Below, one piece after another: positions 63,033 to 64,000 of a stretch of 64,000 nucleotides of DNA (positions within the stretch are counted from its first letter, which is position 1; the number at the start of each line of letters is the position of its first letter). Made by a program: the position numbers and the translations under genes. Source of the stretch: Pocillopora damicornis. Taxonomy: Eukaryota. The stretch lies in assembly GCF_003704095.1 (NCBI RefSeq), contig NW_020847747.1, positions 186,001 through 250,000 on the forward strand. The letters are read 5' to 3'. A model generated the notes under the pieces. The model had not been told where the DNA came from and did not search any database. It saw only the letters and a list, made by a program, of their open reading frames with translations.

Positions 63033-63687
63033 GTTAAAAGCTGGTATGTTCTTCTCGAGACAGCTGCATGAAGTATGGCAGCACAAGATCAGAGATGGTA
63101 AAATATATTTTAATGGCACTCTAGACTCTAATCACCACAATCATACAAAATACATTGAAAAGGGAACAGGGTGTGACCAAAAAAAAAACACACTTCCCCC
63201 ACCCTTTCAAATTTTCTTGACAGTTGCTAAGAAAAACCCTATCCCCAGGGTCTCTCTTCTGATCGACCCAGAAACGCAGTCAACTGAACAACTTATTAGT
63301 CACGTGTAATCGTCTGATTGGCTCATAACAACTATTCCCTTTGGAGTGACGTCATGGGAGTGTGAGACAACCATCCAATCAAAGAGAAAGCTTCTTGGTT
63401 TGGCCAATTCAATTTAAACAGTCCAGGAGAACTTTATTATACCCAACAAATGTAGAAAATTCCTCTGTAACCCAAATGCAACTTTATGATACTTTTCAGG
63501 AAAGGCTTCAATACAAAATTATTTTCTGGAGAAAGATAAATACTTGGTTAGATTTTTTCTGTAGAAAAGTGTTTTTATATTAGTTCACGATCATCATATG
63601 TCAAGTCTCTCATGGTTTCGTCAGAGCTTATGAGCTTTAACGTCACAATTTACACTTGACATTTCGCAAGACTTATCGAGCGCGCTT

Positions 63688-63806
63688 CAGTCGTCTTCTA
63701 TATCGGAGAAGTCGTCATGCGTAAATGCCTGTATGCGTGTGGACTGGGGCTGAGGTCTTCTGAACTCCAACACAGGACTTTGTCGGCCAGTGGATTGGGA
63801 CCCACC
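63688..63806 (-). CDS. Probable terminal coding exon of a gene extending beyond the right edge
   Basis: Strong acceptor gctttttttgcag; the phase-1 reading gives (G)GSQSTGRQSPVLEFRRPQPQSTRIQAFTHDDFSDIEDD*. No family recognised. Confidence 0.35.
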
Positions 63807-64000
63807 TGCAAAAAAAGCAAAGCTCTTGCAGTCTCTCCTAAGCATTTTGGTTGCGAAAGAGGCGGACTAAGCGGCACTACTCTTAAGCGTTCAGCGCTGG
63901 TCCAGGATTTAAAGGCTGACGTTGTCGTCTATCTCCTAAAACTTCTATGAAGTCAAACGTCTCGTGGAGTTATACCTTACGTTGCTAAACTCCTCTGAAA

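Overview
Eukaryotic, AT-rich, intron-rich genomic DNA with assembly gaps, most likely a scleractinian coral or other anthozoan (inferred from gene content and repeat families; not provable here). I rebuilt the spliced genes by hand from GT-AG sites and reading-frame phase. In order: (-) an uncharacterised multi-WD40 protein running off the left edge, with an RFX X-box upstream; (-) a UIF/FYTTD1-like mRNA-export adaptor; (-) an SLC16/MCT transporter locus with three copies of exon 1 and a collapsed paralogue interrupted by a LINE fragment; (-) a beta-class carbonic anhydrase head-to-head with (+) TEN1; (+) a TMTC-family O-mannosyltransferase; (-) a GABA-A/glycine-type Cys-loop anion channel; (+) an intronless class A GPCR; (+) an intronless membrane-anchored type-B carboxylesterase; (+) DNAJC3/P58IPK with a perfect ERSE in its promoter; and a probable terminal exon of another (-) gene at the right edge. 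Repeats include about 18 TTAA/piggyBac-type MITE copies, tRNA-derived SINEs, a Tc1/pogo-type non-autonomous element, palindromic elements and microsatellites. No prokaryotic systems or CRISPR arrays are present. The best leads are regulatory and evolutionary: the ERSE, the X-box, the LINE-associated deletion, the beta-CA/TEN1 overlap, a non-bilaterian UIF, and CpG-depletion domains.
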